Positions 1 through 12,284 of a DNA stretch of 64,000 bases are shown here, one piece after another; the first letter of the stretch is position 1; every line of letters starts with the position of its first letter. The translations under genes were made by a program, and so were the position numbers. The stretch lies in contig CBFFRP010000400.1 of assembly GCA_965644295.1 (NCBI GenBank), positions 1 to 64,000 on the forward strand, read 5' to 3'. The DNA is from Paraphysomonas bandaiensis. Its lineage: Eukaryota > Protista > Chrysophyceae. Under the pieces are notes generated by a model. That model worked only from the letters and a program-made list of their open reading frames with translations, had not been told where the DNA came from and made no database searches.

Positions 1-1080
1 GTGTGCAGTCGAGGCACATATGTTTTAGGGAATCTAGTCGAAACCCGCAGTCAGAGCATGCGGCTTTGGTCAGGTCAAGCCCCTGTTTGGTTTTGGCCCG
101 GTTCCTCCCTATGCAGAAAGATTTGTCCCATGTCAGTGCCGTGTTGAGAATTCTTTGGCGTAGATTTGAGCTGAGTTTGTCTTTGGATGCACTGCCATCC
201 GCTTGAGCTAGTTTGCGCGGGAGGTGTACTCCGCTATTGGTCCAGTAGCCAGGCGCTCGATCAGGATTGTTTCCGTAGCGTTGATCTCTGGTTGAAGTGT
301 AGTTCTCAAGTGTCCTTAGGTCGCAGAGATCTTGGAAATCAGTAAGGAGTGGGCTAGAGTAGTATGGCCGTCTTGTACTGTGCAAACGCCAGTGCCATAA
401 TCCAGCGGTTAGTAAGCGTTCAATGGCACTGTCAATCGCAATTGTACAGACAGTGTAGTTATTTTTTCCAAGGATGCGATCGACTTCATGCCAGTCTTCA
501 CCCGCGACTGCGTCCGCAATATAGATGCCCTTGTCCTCAAACGTCCACTCCGTTTCATCTGTGGTACGTCGTTCGGGATGGGACCTCACCCAGGTCACCT
601 GTCGTTTGCAATCTCTACTGGCCGCGATGCTTTCGAGTAGTACCCCTTTTGCACGGTGACCGAGAGCTCTGCGTCTTGTGGAGAGTGCTTCCTCAGTACG
701 GGTGCACACTGCCTGACAGTCTGTGTGGCTTCTTATGTGTTCGGGAATGCGTGTTGAGAGTATAAGCCCCATGGCTGTGCCTATGAGTTCATATGCGTAT
801 GAGTCCAAACCTGGCACATCACGAAAGGGTGTATCTAGTCGTAGTATTATGGTTGTACCATCTTCCCAGGCATTTTCTGGGGGTAAGTAGACGACCGCTG
901 CACCTCCTCGGTGTGTCCATCGTGTTCGCGGATTGACATGAGTGAGGCGACGCGTGGAGAGCGCACTGGCTGTGTATGATCCATCTGTGAAGATTGCCTT
1001 GAAAGTATCTGGTTGGACGCTATTAAGGCCGAGTTCTTGTTTTAGATTGGTCAGCATGTGTTCATCCTGTGGTTCGGGGG
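1..1080 (-). CDS. LINE polyprotein, C-terminal part: RNase H and CCHC zinc finger (partial, runs off window)
   Basis: Manual translation of segments in the frame reached after the G5 run at 1076-1080: FKAIFTDGSY, DSYAYELIG, WVRSHPERR, GIYIADAVAG; CSDCGFRLDSLKHMCLDC at ~5-58. Absent from the ORF track, probably because the frame has no stop inside the window. Confidence 0.85.
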
Positions 1081-3312
1081 CTCAGGTTGCTGAAGGGTAA
1101 GGCCCAATTCCGTTCCCCATTCCCTGAGGCTGAGAACATAGTGGTGGTATTGGGGCTGTGGCTCTGTTGTCTGAGTGAGTAGAAAATGTGCTGCTTGACC
1201 TGCTTCTCCCCCGAGGGTTATTGCGCGCTGTAGAGATCCCCATTTTTGCTCCTGCGCCGAGTCTGAGAAACGTTTCATACCTAATCCGTTGTGCTTGAGT
1301 GAGAGGTAGATCAGTTCCGTGGGGTATCCAGGGCCTAGACTGAGGGCCTTTCTGTAGAGGGTTGCGCAAGCAGCGTCAATTTCTCTGTACCAGTGTAGCG
1401 GCCATGAAGCTTTGGTGGCTCTATAGAGCAAAGTCGGTATGATTTGGGTCTCGATAACCATGACTTTACAGCCGGCTGAGGCCTGTTTAATCCCTAGGTG
1501 TGTGGTCACGACTTTCAGGTATTTTAGACACCAATCATGGGAGGCCTTGTCTGTGATTGTGAGAGGAAGGTCTGCTCCGAGGTAATGTATCGACTCTAGT
1601 GATGTTTGGATAGGGACTGGGTGTGGACGCCACGACCAGTCGTAGAGAATGATGTAGCCAATGGGGTCGGAGGACTTGTTGGAATCTTGTAGGATCGGAA
1701 ACACTGTGCAAACTACTTTGGGGATAGAGAGTTCCATTCCCGAAAGTACGCAGAACGCAGATATTTGTTGGGCAATGAGTTGGGCAGCGTGTATGGATTT
1801 AGCTATTGTGTTAAGATCATCCGCGAAGGAGATCTTTATTTCGCCGGTAGTCGGAGTCGTGAGTTGAATAGTTGGTAACGTTGGACTCGTTGTTGACAGT
1901 TCAATGTCCAGCCACGTGAGAAGGATGTCGTAGAGTGCCACCCAGGCGCATGTGGATTCTGTGCCCCCTTGGGTGATACCCCTTTCGGCTTCGAAACCCA
2001 GACTGAATAGTGCAATGAAGTGGCCGTCTGCGGACAGGAGGTCAAGGAGAGAACGTGGCTCTATGTTGTTTGCCATGAATGGTGTCCAGGGAAATGTTAG
2101 ACCGCCGGCATCTAAGTTGCCAAACCAGTCAACTACATCGTCCGGAACGCCCAGTCGTGCCCACGCGAGACGCATGAGGTTAGGCGCAATTGAGTCGAAG
2201 GCCTTCTTGAAGTCCCAGAGTGTACATATATGCTGGTCGCCTTTTCGTCTTGCTTCTTCTGCAGCCGCGAGTACCCTTAGTATCGCTGTGTCCGTCCCGT
2301 TCCTCCAGCGATAACCATGCTGGGACGGATGCAAAACTTTCTGTTCCTCCCATACGGTAAGAATTCTATGAGTGATTATCCTTGTTAATATTTTCCTACT
2401 GACTTCAAGCAGACCAATCGGTCGGAGATTAGTGAGGGAGGATTCTCCTGGTTTCTTGAGAATGGGAGACATTACCCTGTCTCTCCACCAAATGGGCACA
2501 TGTTTATGTTTCCAGAGAGATCTGGTGAGGATGTAAGCCTCTCGCTGAACTACCGGTGGCCAGGATTTGACCATGTTGGAGGAGACCATTGAGGGTCCAG
2601 GCGCGCGGTTGAAGGAGAGAGAGTGAAGTGTGCAGTAGAATTCATCCTGGGTGATGTCTTTTGCAAGAGTAGATTTGAGTGTGGCTGCCATGGCCGGAGT
2701 GGTCTTGGTACAAAGGGCCCGTCGTAACCCCAGTTGCAGGGGAAGAGGGATTTTCGAGCGGGGGTGGAGTGGTTCCTGGCATGTCGCTGAGCCCGGATCA
2801 AGAAGGGATTTCCACCATGTAGGGTCATCCTGGAGCTGTTGTGCTACAGGGTCAAGTCCAGGAGGTTTGGCATGATGTTCACGGAAGTGCGCATTAATGC
2901 CTTCATGAATGTCTTGCGGTGTTGTGAGGATGTGTCCGTCAGTTGTTTTCACCGTGGTAAGTCGGAGTGGTGTTTTGACCTTGAGACCAATTTTCTGAAG
3001 AATTGCTTGAAGTCTTTTCTGCTGTAGCAGTGCCTCCATCTGATTGGTGCGAGCCGTGAGTCTAGTCCGCATTTCTGTCCTGGCTCTTCCATGAAGAAGT
3101 CCTCTCAGTCGCAAGGCAATTCGGAGAAGGTTTTTCTTGGTGGCTTGCTTTTCGTTCCAACCCAGGATTACTCGTGGGTCCGCGTTGCGATGGCTGCACC
3201 AGAAGTTGATGTCTGATATGCCTTTGATGTGACCCTGAGAACTCCTGAGATAGGAGTCCCATCGGATGAACCATGCAGTGATGATTTCGTGGGTGGGGGT
3301 GGTTGCCGGGGG
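1081..3312 (-). CDS. LINE polyprotein, reverse transcriptase part
   Basis: ORF 1051-3450: RAPGPS, PILKKPG, LRPIGLLE, QHGYR, DFKKAFDSI, RGITQG, SFADDL, HYLG, GLG. Confidence 0.93.
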
Positions 3313-6300
3313 CCGCGCCATCCATGCCGTTTGTATCCGGCAGAATTGAACATCTTTTGGATAATCCGCAAAACCATGATCATTCCTTCCTGTATTACTC
3401 TCATTTCCGGGGAAAAGCCATTCTTGAACTTTGAGCGTTTGCGCTGACAACGTTCGTGTAGTCGTGTGCTATAAGTACATGCAGGACGCTTCGCTTCAAG
3501 CGAAGCCTGGAGGGTTATGTGATGGATGGCCGCTAGTCTGTTGGCTGCCACCTCAGGAGGGAGTATGGCAGACGATCCGTTGTCTAAATGTGGTAGTTGT
3601 GCATGAAGTTGGAGGAGTCTTGCGGTGTATGCCTGTACTTCCTTGGAGTCCTTCGGGTTTACATTGAGACGGGGGGGGATTCGGAGGTGCGACTCAGGTG
3701 GTCGAGGGTCAAGATTGACTGGTACAGTGAAACCGACCCAGACCGGTCGATGATCGAAGGCTGCTGCGAGTAGTGAGGGGGAGTCAAGGCAGCCAGTGTC
3801 CGTAACAGACATGTTCGGAAGTAACGGCGTGTGTAGAATATGATCGATCCGCGATATTCCTTTGTCTAATCTGTGGAAGGTATGATATGTTTTCCTGGGT
3901 AGGAGAAGCTCATGGAGTGGTGCAGCCAGTTGGAGTTTGTCGGCAAGTGGTCGTATGTCTCTGCCTTTCGGATTTGTCTCCATGGAGCCATTGAAGTCGC
4001 CGGCGACAATGACAGTATGGTCCTTGGCTCTGGCTTTAGTGACCCATTTCGTAAGGATGTTGCATAGGAGCTTGTAGGGGTCAGCCGTACAGATACCACG
4101 GGACGCTCTCCCTAGCTTGGTCAATTTGCTCCATAATGTGCAAGAGCCTGGCGTGGATGGCTTCGGGGGTAGATAGACGCTTATTAGTACTAGGGTGTGC
4201 GCCACCGACGTTTTGAACTCTAGTCGGCTCACTAAACCAAGTCCGGTAAAGTCAGCCTTTGTGAAGGCGAGACGGCGCTTCCAGTATTCGCTGATTATGA
4301 CTACTGTACCCCCCATTAGTGGGTCTCTTGAAGTCAGTTTTGGCTGCTTGCTGAGGAAGAGGCATATTCTTGATCCCTGGATTGCATCTTCTATGATACG
4401 TGTGAAGAAGTTGGCCTGAGTTTCTGTTAGACGGACATCCTGTAATAGGAGCACGTCCAATTTTTGCCGCTTAAAGTGTCGGATGATAGCTTGGACTTTG
4501 CCTGTGTGAGATGCCGGATTGCCATTTGTGTTCCATGTGGAGAGTCGGAGTCCCATGGCTGCTCCCGAGGGAGCCTTGGGGATGCTGCTGGAGGTCTCTG
4601 TAGGAGTTCCACTCTTGTCTGCAAGGAGTCTGTCCCATACTGCTTTATTGGCACCGCCTATGTCGCTGTCGTACGCAGCCCTGGCTTGGATTAATATCTC
4701 AAGTGGCCAGCGTTGATCACACCAGTAATGATGCCCGTAGTTGATGAGAAGTTCTTCATCCTTAGCAATGGGACGTATTGTACGGACATAGAGGCGTTTA
4801 TTTTTCGTGACAAACTTGACATTAGCCATGTTTGTGGCTAGGGGGTCATTAATATACCCAGCTTCGCATGTTACACATTGTCGGACTTGGTCAAAGCCAT
4901 CTATTGCGAAGGTACCAGTACTGTCTTGAACTATGTAATCAGAACGCCTTGCAGACTGACTCAGCTTTGTTAGTGGATAGCGTTTGCCTTTGTACTCAGC
5001 AATGATGACGTCTGCTGGGAATGTGTTCTTCGCATAAAGGGATAGTCCTTTGGCAGTGTTATCGGCGTACGCAATGTAGAACTTTCTTGACCAGTCCTTG
5101 TCCCAGCTGGTGGTATCAAGTGCTGGAGTTGGTCTGATCGTTCGTGTGGTCGTGGATTGGTGTGAGTTGTGAAGGTTCGTTGGTTGGTCACTTTCATCGT
5201 AATTTACGACCTTTTTGGCTTTCCGGGTTGGCTGGCATCGACTTGTCAACGCAGTTTGGGCGTGTTTCAACTGCATCTTCCTGTGCGATGGTAGTGCTCC
5301 AGGGGTTGAAGCCTGCAGAATCTGTCGATTTGTTCGTGCTAACTTGGTGCTGCTGGACGAGGTTGTTCTGGTGCTGGTCGTCTTTGATGTCCTATTGTTG
5401 TTCGTGATTGAGTCCGCGGGAAGTGTAGGTGGAGCGATGGGGTCAGACGTTGAGAGTATACTGGTGGCCAAGGTGTTTTCAAGAGATAGTAGGGCGTTGT
5501 CTAGGGCAGTAGAAAGACCGGCAGGGTCTAAGAGGAAGTAGTGAGCATCTTGTAGTATGACATGGTAGTAGTTATCACGAATAGCGTTCCTAAGTTCCTC
5601 CACCTTCCATGCGATGTTATAAGCTACTTTGTCAGTAGGGATACCTACAATGCTGAGATAATTACCATTTTGCGCCCACGTCGTGCAGGGGTTGATAGTA
5701 GAGGCTAAAAGGTGGACCTCTCGCACTGAGAGCCAGTGAGTTATGTCGTCCTCCGTAGTGTATGTTGTTTTGGCAGGTATTAAAAGTGCGGCCTGTGCGT
5801 GATCCAACTTATGTCGTAGTGGCTGAAGTGTGTGATGGGCCATGCACTCCCGTTGCATTGTGTCGAACGCTTGGGTGCCTAATGTATTTATAAAAGATGC
5901 TAGCGTGTGACGGTCCTTGCGTTGTTTGAGGTCTAATTTCAGACAGGAGCGAGTGTGTCGCCTGCTTGAAGCAAGAATGTGCAGATGATAGAGTGTGCTG
6001 TATGCGCAGTATCCATCACTTGGGATATGTTGTTGTGTGCGAAGGGCTGAGGGTCTGAGGGTGAGGCGATAGACTCTGCTCATGTCGCACATATGGAGCC
6101 TGAGTTGTCGACGGTCCGTGGGGTTCATCTGCCGTAGTTGACGTCGAGCTCTCGGTGACAAGGAGACTGCAATTACTTCCCTCTGTTCCTGTTGCTCTCT
6201 TTGCTCATGTAGCATAGATGGTACAGTTGACGGTTCCGAAGTCCAGATGATGTTGGTGCTCTGTCTGGAGGTCTGGTGTTGTAGAAAACAGGATAGCCGC

Positions 6301-6978
6301 TCCTGAGTTCGTGTTAGAGCGTGCATGATGGAGGTGGGGATATTTGTTGCATTTAGTATGTGAAACCCATGCTGGCTGCGTATGATGTCATGGGTTACCA
6401 CAGTGTTGGTAGAAGCGTGCACTGTTAGTGCCTGTCTGGAGAATGGTGATAGCTGTGCCCAACCAGGCGCCAGGTGCGGTTGAACAGCGTCCCATAGTCT
6501 GTATGGTATGGAGAGAAGATCGAGTAGCAGTTGGAAATCCTCCGTGTCTAGATGTAGTCCTGTGTGTGGATTCGAGGATTCATATTGCATAAGTGTCTTA
6601 CGGAGAGTGACAGTGGCTGTTGAGGGAATACCCTTTGTCAGGCAAAGGGTCCGCACATGCCTAGATACAACATGAGTGGAGTCTGCCCAGGGTTTGTTGC
6701 CATTCGCGAGATGCTGGGCAACTAGTAGGGCGCTGTGCGTGGTGTCCAATTTGTGCTCTGGTAGCGTGAATGATATCATGAGATCATAGTTGTCCGTCCT
6801 GGAAGCCTTGGCTATGAATCCTTCCCATATGTCTAAACAGGCAGGGGATAGCATGTGTGCGTATATTTCTTTTAAAAGGTTTCCCTGTGGGGAGGCAGCA
6901 ATGGTTTGGGTTTCATCATATCTAACCCAGTTGTTCAGCAGATCGGAGTGAAAGGGCGTGTGACCCCGGCCCTCTGTG
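3313..6978 (-). CDS. LINE polyprotein, N-terminal part: OTU-like protease (~5530-6040), SET domain (~4720-5090), AP endonuclease (~3735-4550)
   Basis: ORF 3168-6854. IPSDGYCAY...QDAHYF (OTU-type DGxC...HY); KGLSLYA...IAEYKG...GYINDP...EELLINYGHHYW (SET); APE motifs. Shifts into the RT frame at the G5 run 3308-3312. Confidence 0.85.
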
Positions 6979-8302
6979 TTATATTATTATTATAGGTAGG
7001 GCTATATTATTTTTGGTGGCCTTATTTTTTCTGACGCAAAGTGACTGGATTTCAACCACCCTTTTGCGGAATAGATAGTGCGAAATGTGACTACAATGAC
7101 GTCTATGTATGCGAACGCTAAGGCGTTTAACCAAGCTTTTGGAAAGTGGAAGGTGGGTCATGTGAGTTGTATGTTAATGAAATTTTGTACTCTATGTTCT
7201 TGGAGGTACACTTTCAACGAATAGCTATATACTATATAATATATAGTGTTTTCTCGCATTGCATTTAATGTGTTCTACCTCTATATCTTAGAAAAACATA
7301 CGTATTCCAACAGTCACATGCCATTGTCAGCAATTAAATATTGAATTGAGCAGTACTCATATCCCTACGAAACTGAAGTATCATCACTGATCAAGATGCG
7401 GAAGATAATCAGAGGTTGACTGTGAAAGTATAAACTTATGTTGTTCTTGTGTCTTACATGACAAAGCATAATTTACTATGCAATATCTACTTAGTCAAAA
7501 GACATAACTTACCTTCCACGATGACTTAAATAAGAAAGTCGAAATATTTTAAATTCGTTCTTCTGTATTTTCCGTGAAAAGCACATCGAATATAACTGTA
7601 ACACATGTAAAAGGAAATATGATGGGTACATTGTAGTTCATTAACTAAGAAAATACAAATGTAATCGCTATTACAATCACAACGGTTATCATAATGTATT
7701 TAATTGTTTGCTGGGGACCGTGTTGTGTAATGTACATGTGTACACTCTTCAATTATAATGGTCTGTTAAATTAATTAATATAACATTAGATAATTATTAT
7801 TCTCTATCTTTCAAAACAAATTCTTCCTGTGTACTATTAGAGAATAGGATACATATATGTCATGGATATGCATAGTATGTTTCCCTATTGCGTGCGTTTC
7901 AATCAATTCCTTAAACGGAACGTGCCAATACTAATGGATATGGATTATATGTTTTATAAGGCTTCTTTTATCAATCAATCCTTTGGAATGATGTGTATAA
8001 TCTGACCATCTATTGGACTGGTTTAGTTATACGTATAGACAAAGTAATCAATACAGATGTGTATTGGGGATGGAATCTTCATATTTTCATTATCATCTAG
8101 TGCTTCAGAGTACTCAGTTTAACATCACACTATCATATGATCAACCTTAACTTGTATGCTGATAGCAACCTTCATGTAATATCAGATACGTAGCAGTGTG
8201 AACTGGCAGGAGCCGGATACTGTGTACATAACTAATAAAGTGGCTGCTTCCCTGTAAAGTGGTGTTTTATATAAAAGTACCAGTTTCTGTGTGAACCCAA
8301 AA

Positions 8303-8443
8303 CATACATAAGTACATACATACATACATACATACATACATACATACATACATACATACATACATACATACATACATACATACATACATACATACATACA
8401 TACATACATACATACATACATACATACATACATACATACATAC

Positions 8444-8474
<31 letters not shown>

Positions 8475-8660
8475 CATACATACATACATACATACATACA
8501 TAAGTACATACATACATACATACATACATACATACATACATACATACATACATACATACATACATACATACATACATACATACATACATACATACATACA
8601 TACATACATACATACATACATACATACATACATACATACATACATACATACATAAGTACA
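8303..8660. repeat. (TACA)n microsatellite
   Basis: Near-perfect tetranucleotide array of ~350 bp. Confidence 0.99.
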
Positions 8661-8781
8661 TAAGTATATGTATATGAGTAGAGGTTATATATGTATGTCT
8701 CCATTCATATAATCACAAACACGCCTCTGAATAAACCACAGTTCTCTCCCCCACCTCCCCCATCCTCTCCCCCTTCATACC

Positions 8782-9009
8782 ATGTCCTCCTCCACTCCTA
8801 TCATCACTATCAAACCTCTTCAAATGTCTCGTATGGACGAAGCTAAGGATATATTAAACAGAGCTGCATCTGTCGTTAGTTCAGTCCTTAACAGACGGAA
8901 ATGGACAATTCGTTTACTCACTGAGTTCTATCCGAAGGATCCTTCATTGCAGGGACTTAATGTGAATAGAGGACAAACTGTTAAAGTTCGACTACGTTCT
9001 GCTGAGAGG

Positions 9010-9043
<34 letters not shown>

Positions 9044-10100
9044 ACTATATATACATATATATATATATACTGTTACTATATATGTATGTATTTGTATTAT
9101 AGATGCAAATTATATTTGAATATGCTGCGAAGGTTATTGTTATAAGCTATTAATATAGCGCTTAGTGCGTTATTATTGTTATAAAATGTGTTGTGTTTTC
9201 ATTCTCTATATTCTCAATTGCTTTTTTTTACTGTTGTTACATGTCGTTATTATTTTCACGTAGCTATCGTTGCTACATTATCAAGTCGTTTCGCATTGAT
9301 ACCTATATGCTACCCATACGTTTTCGACTCTATTAGTATCTTCCTGATGTGGTTTGTGCAGCAAGGAGTCATTCCTTCCGTTTGAATACATTTTAGGAAC
9401 TATTATTCATGAAATCACTCACATAAAGATATCATCCCATAGTGCGGAATTTTATAAACTGATGGAGGAACTCACTGTGGAAGTGGAACGGGATATGTCG
9501 AATGGGTTGACTGCGGAGGGTACTTTAAGATATGCAGCATTTGCAGGTATTCCAAGACGGTTGGGATGCTCTACTGGTGGTAGTAAACCACAAGATAAGC
9601 TACAACTTCGTGAAGCTCAGGTTGCTGCAGCTGAAAAACGCCTAAAGTTAGGTGACTGCTGCAAAGGAAGTGGGCAGAAATTAGGCGGCAAAAGTATTAA
9701 TAATGAATCTAAAGTACCCGCAGTTATATCAACCCGAGAAGTATGGTCCAAAAAGTATGAGACAACAATAAGCTCTCAGCATAGCGATCAAAATGCGACA
9801 AAACAAAGATGGAAAAGGAAAAATGAAGCACAACCTTCATCGGTAATAATGAACTCTCAGCATAGCGATCAAAATGCAACAAAGCAAAGACGAAAACGGA
9901 GAAATGAAGCTCTATCTTCATCGGTTGAAATTGAAAGACCATGTGGATCAGGTACAAGTGATAACGTTTGTATTCCGGCTGAGTTGAAAGGCGATAGTTC
10001 ATCTGGAAGATGGACGTGCAATGTGTGTACTTTGCTGAATACAGAATCAGTGTATATTTGTGATGCTTGCGGTACTTTTGCCCCAATTGTAGTTTTGTGA
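8782..10100 (+). CDS. WLM-domain (Wss1-like) metalloprotease with C-terminal RanBP2-type zinc finger; 2 exons (intron 9009-9361)
   Basis: LTEFYP, LQGLNVNRG, VRLR, HEITH...HSAEFY; WTCNVCTLLN...CDAC. The GT-AG intron joins the two ORFs in frame. Confidence 0.9.
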
Positions 10101-11045
10101 GTTCGTGTGACGCACTTTTAATTCATGTATATATTTCGACTTTTACTAAGCCATAATTTAAGAGTTGTGTAACCTCGTCATATACTAATGGAGATTATAA
10201 TATACATTTTTTGTATAGTAAATAACATTGAATTATGATAAATGATTATCATAATTTCCTAAGATTAAGATTAGCACCCCCCTTTAAATGATGGTGCAGT
10301 TATCAATATCGTTAAATTCGTATAATTTCATGTAATGGAGTACTATATCCTTCAAGACGATAATATATAAATCTTAAAATTTAGTTTTTTATCATAGTTT
10401 ACTTATATATATTAATATGGTTTAAGTATGGTAACTTCAATAATACTATGATTTATGATCTAATGGTATTGTTTGATAGTTTATAAGCTACATCTGCATG
10501 TATGTATATGTAGATAAGGCAGATATCTTTATGTAATTGTGAAAGTACGATAAATGCTCATGTTTACTATTAAAATATGCACAAACTAAAAAACCCACAA
10601 TTTTTAATAGAATTACTAAATAATTTCCCATTATTTTGTTAATGAACCACGTTTTTCTATGGATTATGATTTGTCTATATAAATATCTTGAAAGGATACT
10701 TCTATTGAAGGATTTGATGTATCTTCAATTGTTTTATATATAAGAGAATGTAGTAGAAGTGTGAAGTGAGGGTAGGAGAATGAAGAAGTTTTAGAGATAC
10801 AGTGATATGAAGTGAGATGAAATAGATATGTGAGATACGAGGATCTTTGTACAGTAGACCAGAAGTATACCATAAATACATATCTGTATGTACTGTATAA
10901 CCACTGAGTGTACGAAAAGAAATGAGACAGTAGATGGAGGATGTTCTTTTCAGTTTAGTACTTGAAGTGACTAGGATACGCATAGGACACATTGTTATGT
11001 ATGGTGTTATTTATGCAGTCTTTTGTGTACGGCTGTAGAATAGAA

Positions 11046-11625
11046 GCCTGCTCCGCGTTATTGCTCTTGACCTTTGGGTCATAGCATTCGACATAGTCCG
11101 GGAGCGAGTGGCATTGACTGGACGAAACCCAGTTATAAAAAAAGGAACTGTCACTGGCTTTCGGGGACTACGTCGAATGCTATGACCCAAAGGTCAAGAA
11201 CAACAACGCGGAGCAGGCCAGGACCGAAACATAGCGCTATACCCGATCGGTAACGCCAACGGTAGCTGGATAATTTTGAACCTTCAAACAAATAAATATA
11301 TCAGCTGGTGACCACGCAAATAGTAATAGAAGCCATGAATAGGATATCGTCGTCATTGCAGAACAGGCGACACTCACCTGCCACGACTAGCGAGAATGAG
11401 ATTCGAGAGATCGGGGATGCCACGCCGCCAGGAGAGACTGACAAGATCGATATGCCAGAAGTGCCGAGTGAGCCACATGAAAAGGAGCAGATGACAGCCG
11501 CTGACACGAGCAAAGGGCACGCACACACAGAAGCAACACCAGCAATCACGGAACCAGTCGACGATGATGGCGACGATGCTGATGGGCAACGCAAACAAAG
11601 CCGAACACTGCAAGAAAGTTTTTGA
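11046..11625 (+). mobile_element. Degenerate Ty1/Copia pol remnant (integrase C-terminal region) with fold-back duplication
   Basis: Translates TGRNPSYKK, LAFGDYVECYDP, ALYPIGNANGSW, VIEAMN with frameshifts. 54-bp inverted repeat 11046-11099 / 11165-11218. Confidence 0.7.
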
Positions 11626-11701
11626 CTGCCTGTAGTGTCCGAAAGGTAACGGGGGTATTCTGTCCGTTATCGAGTAGACCGAGTACGTATTTTTCTCTGC
11701 G

Positions 11702-11996
11702 GTGTATGTATGTAGGTGTGTATGTATGTATGTATGTATGTATGTATGTATGTATGTATGTATGTATGTATGTATGTATGTATGTATGTATGTATGTATG
11801 TATGTATGTATGTATGTATGTATGTATGTATGTATGTATGTATGTATGTATGTATGTATGTATGTATGTATGTATGTATGTATGTATGTATGTATGTATG
11901 TATGTATGTATGTATGTATGTATGTATGTATGTATGTATGTATGTATGTATGTATGTATGTATGTATGTATGTATGTATGTATGTATGTATGTATG
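11702..11996. repeat. (TATG)n microsatellite
   Basis: Near-perfect array, followed by GTAG-type degenerate repeats. Confidence 0.99.
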
Positions 11997-12284
11997 AATG
12001 AAGGTAGGTAGGTACTGTAGGTAGGTAGGTATGTACTGTAGGTAGGTAGGTATGTATGTATGTACTGTATCTCAATGTATGAATCATGACCACCGCCTGA
12101 AAAATCCAGGAATCTGCACAATGGACATCACATTCTATATTTGTACATACATCTTGCTAGAGCGACATCGTGTGTAGAGATATACATGCAGTAGATATAT
12201 CATCACACTTAATTAAGAGTAGTGGGTATTGCAATATAAGCATAAAACACATTTCTTTAATAGATCTATAGAACTAATAGTTCA

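Larger units (their letters stand above)
1..6978 (-). mobile_element. Non-LTR retrotransposon (LINE), 5'-truncated, continues past left window edge; polyprotein OTU-like + SET + APE + RT + RNase H + CCHC finger
   Basis: GC-richer, intronless block. APE motifs STWNTNG, LLLQD, SVYLPP, AGDFNG, RIDHIL, DHRPV. RT motifs LRPIGLL, QHGYR, DFKKAFD, GITQG, FADDL, YLG. A third frame gives RNase H and CCHC motifs. The reading frame stays open upstream of the 6854 ATG to the AT-rich junction near 6978. Confidence 0.93.

Noticed and set aside
364-765. Plus-strand ORFs over the LINE, and other antisense ORFs over real genes (e.g. 23931-24530, 59025-59270)
   Set aside because: Shadow frames of coding or low-complexity sequence with no motifs.
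8182-8704. ORFs of MYVC/HTYI repeats (also at 11374-12121, 28454-28822 and 43349-43632)
   Set aside because: These are translations of (TACA)n microsatellites, which lack stop codons.
10150-11040. Possible decayed Copia RT remnant with a polypurine tract near 10276-10286 (minus strand)
   Set aside because: Only vague similarity; too degraded to support without an alignment.
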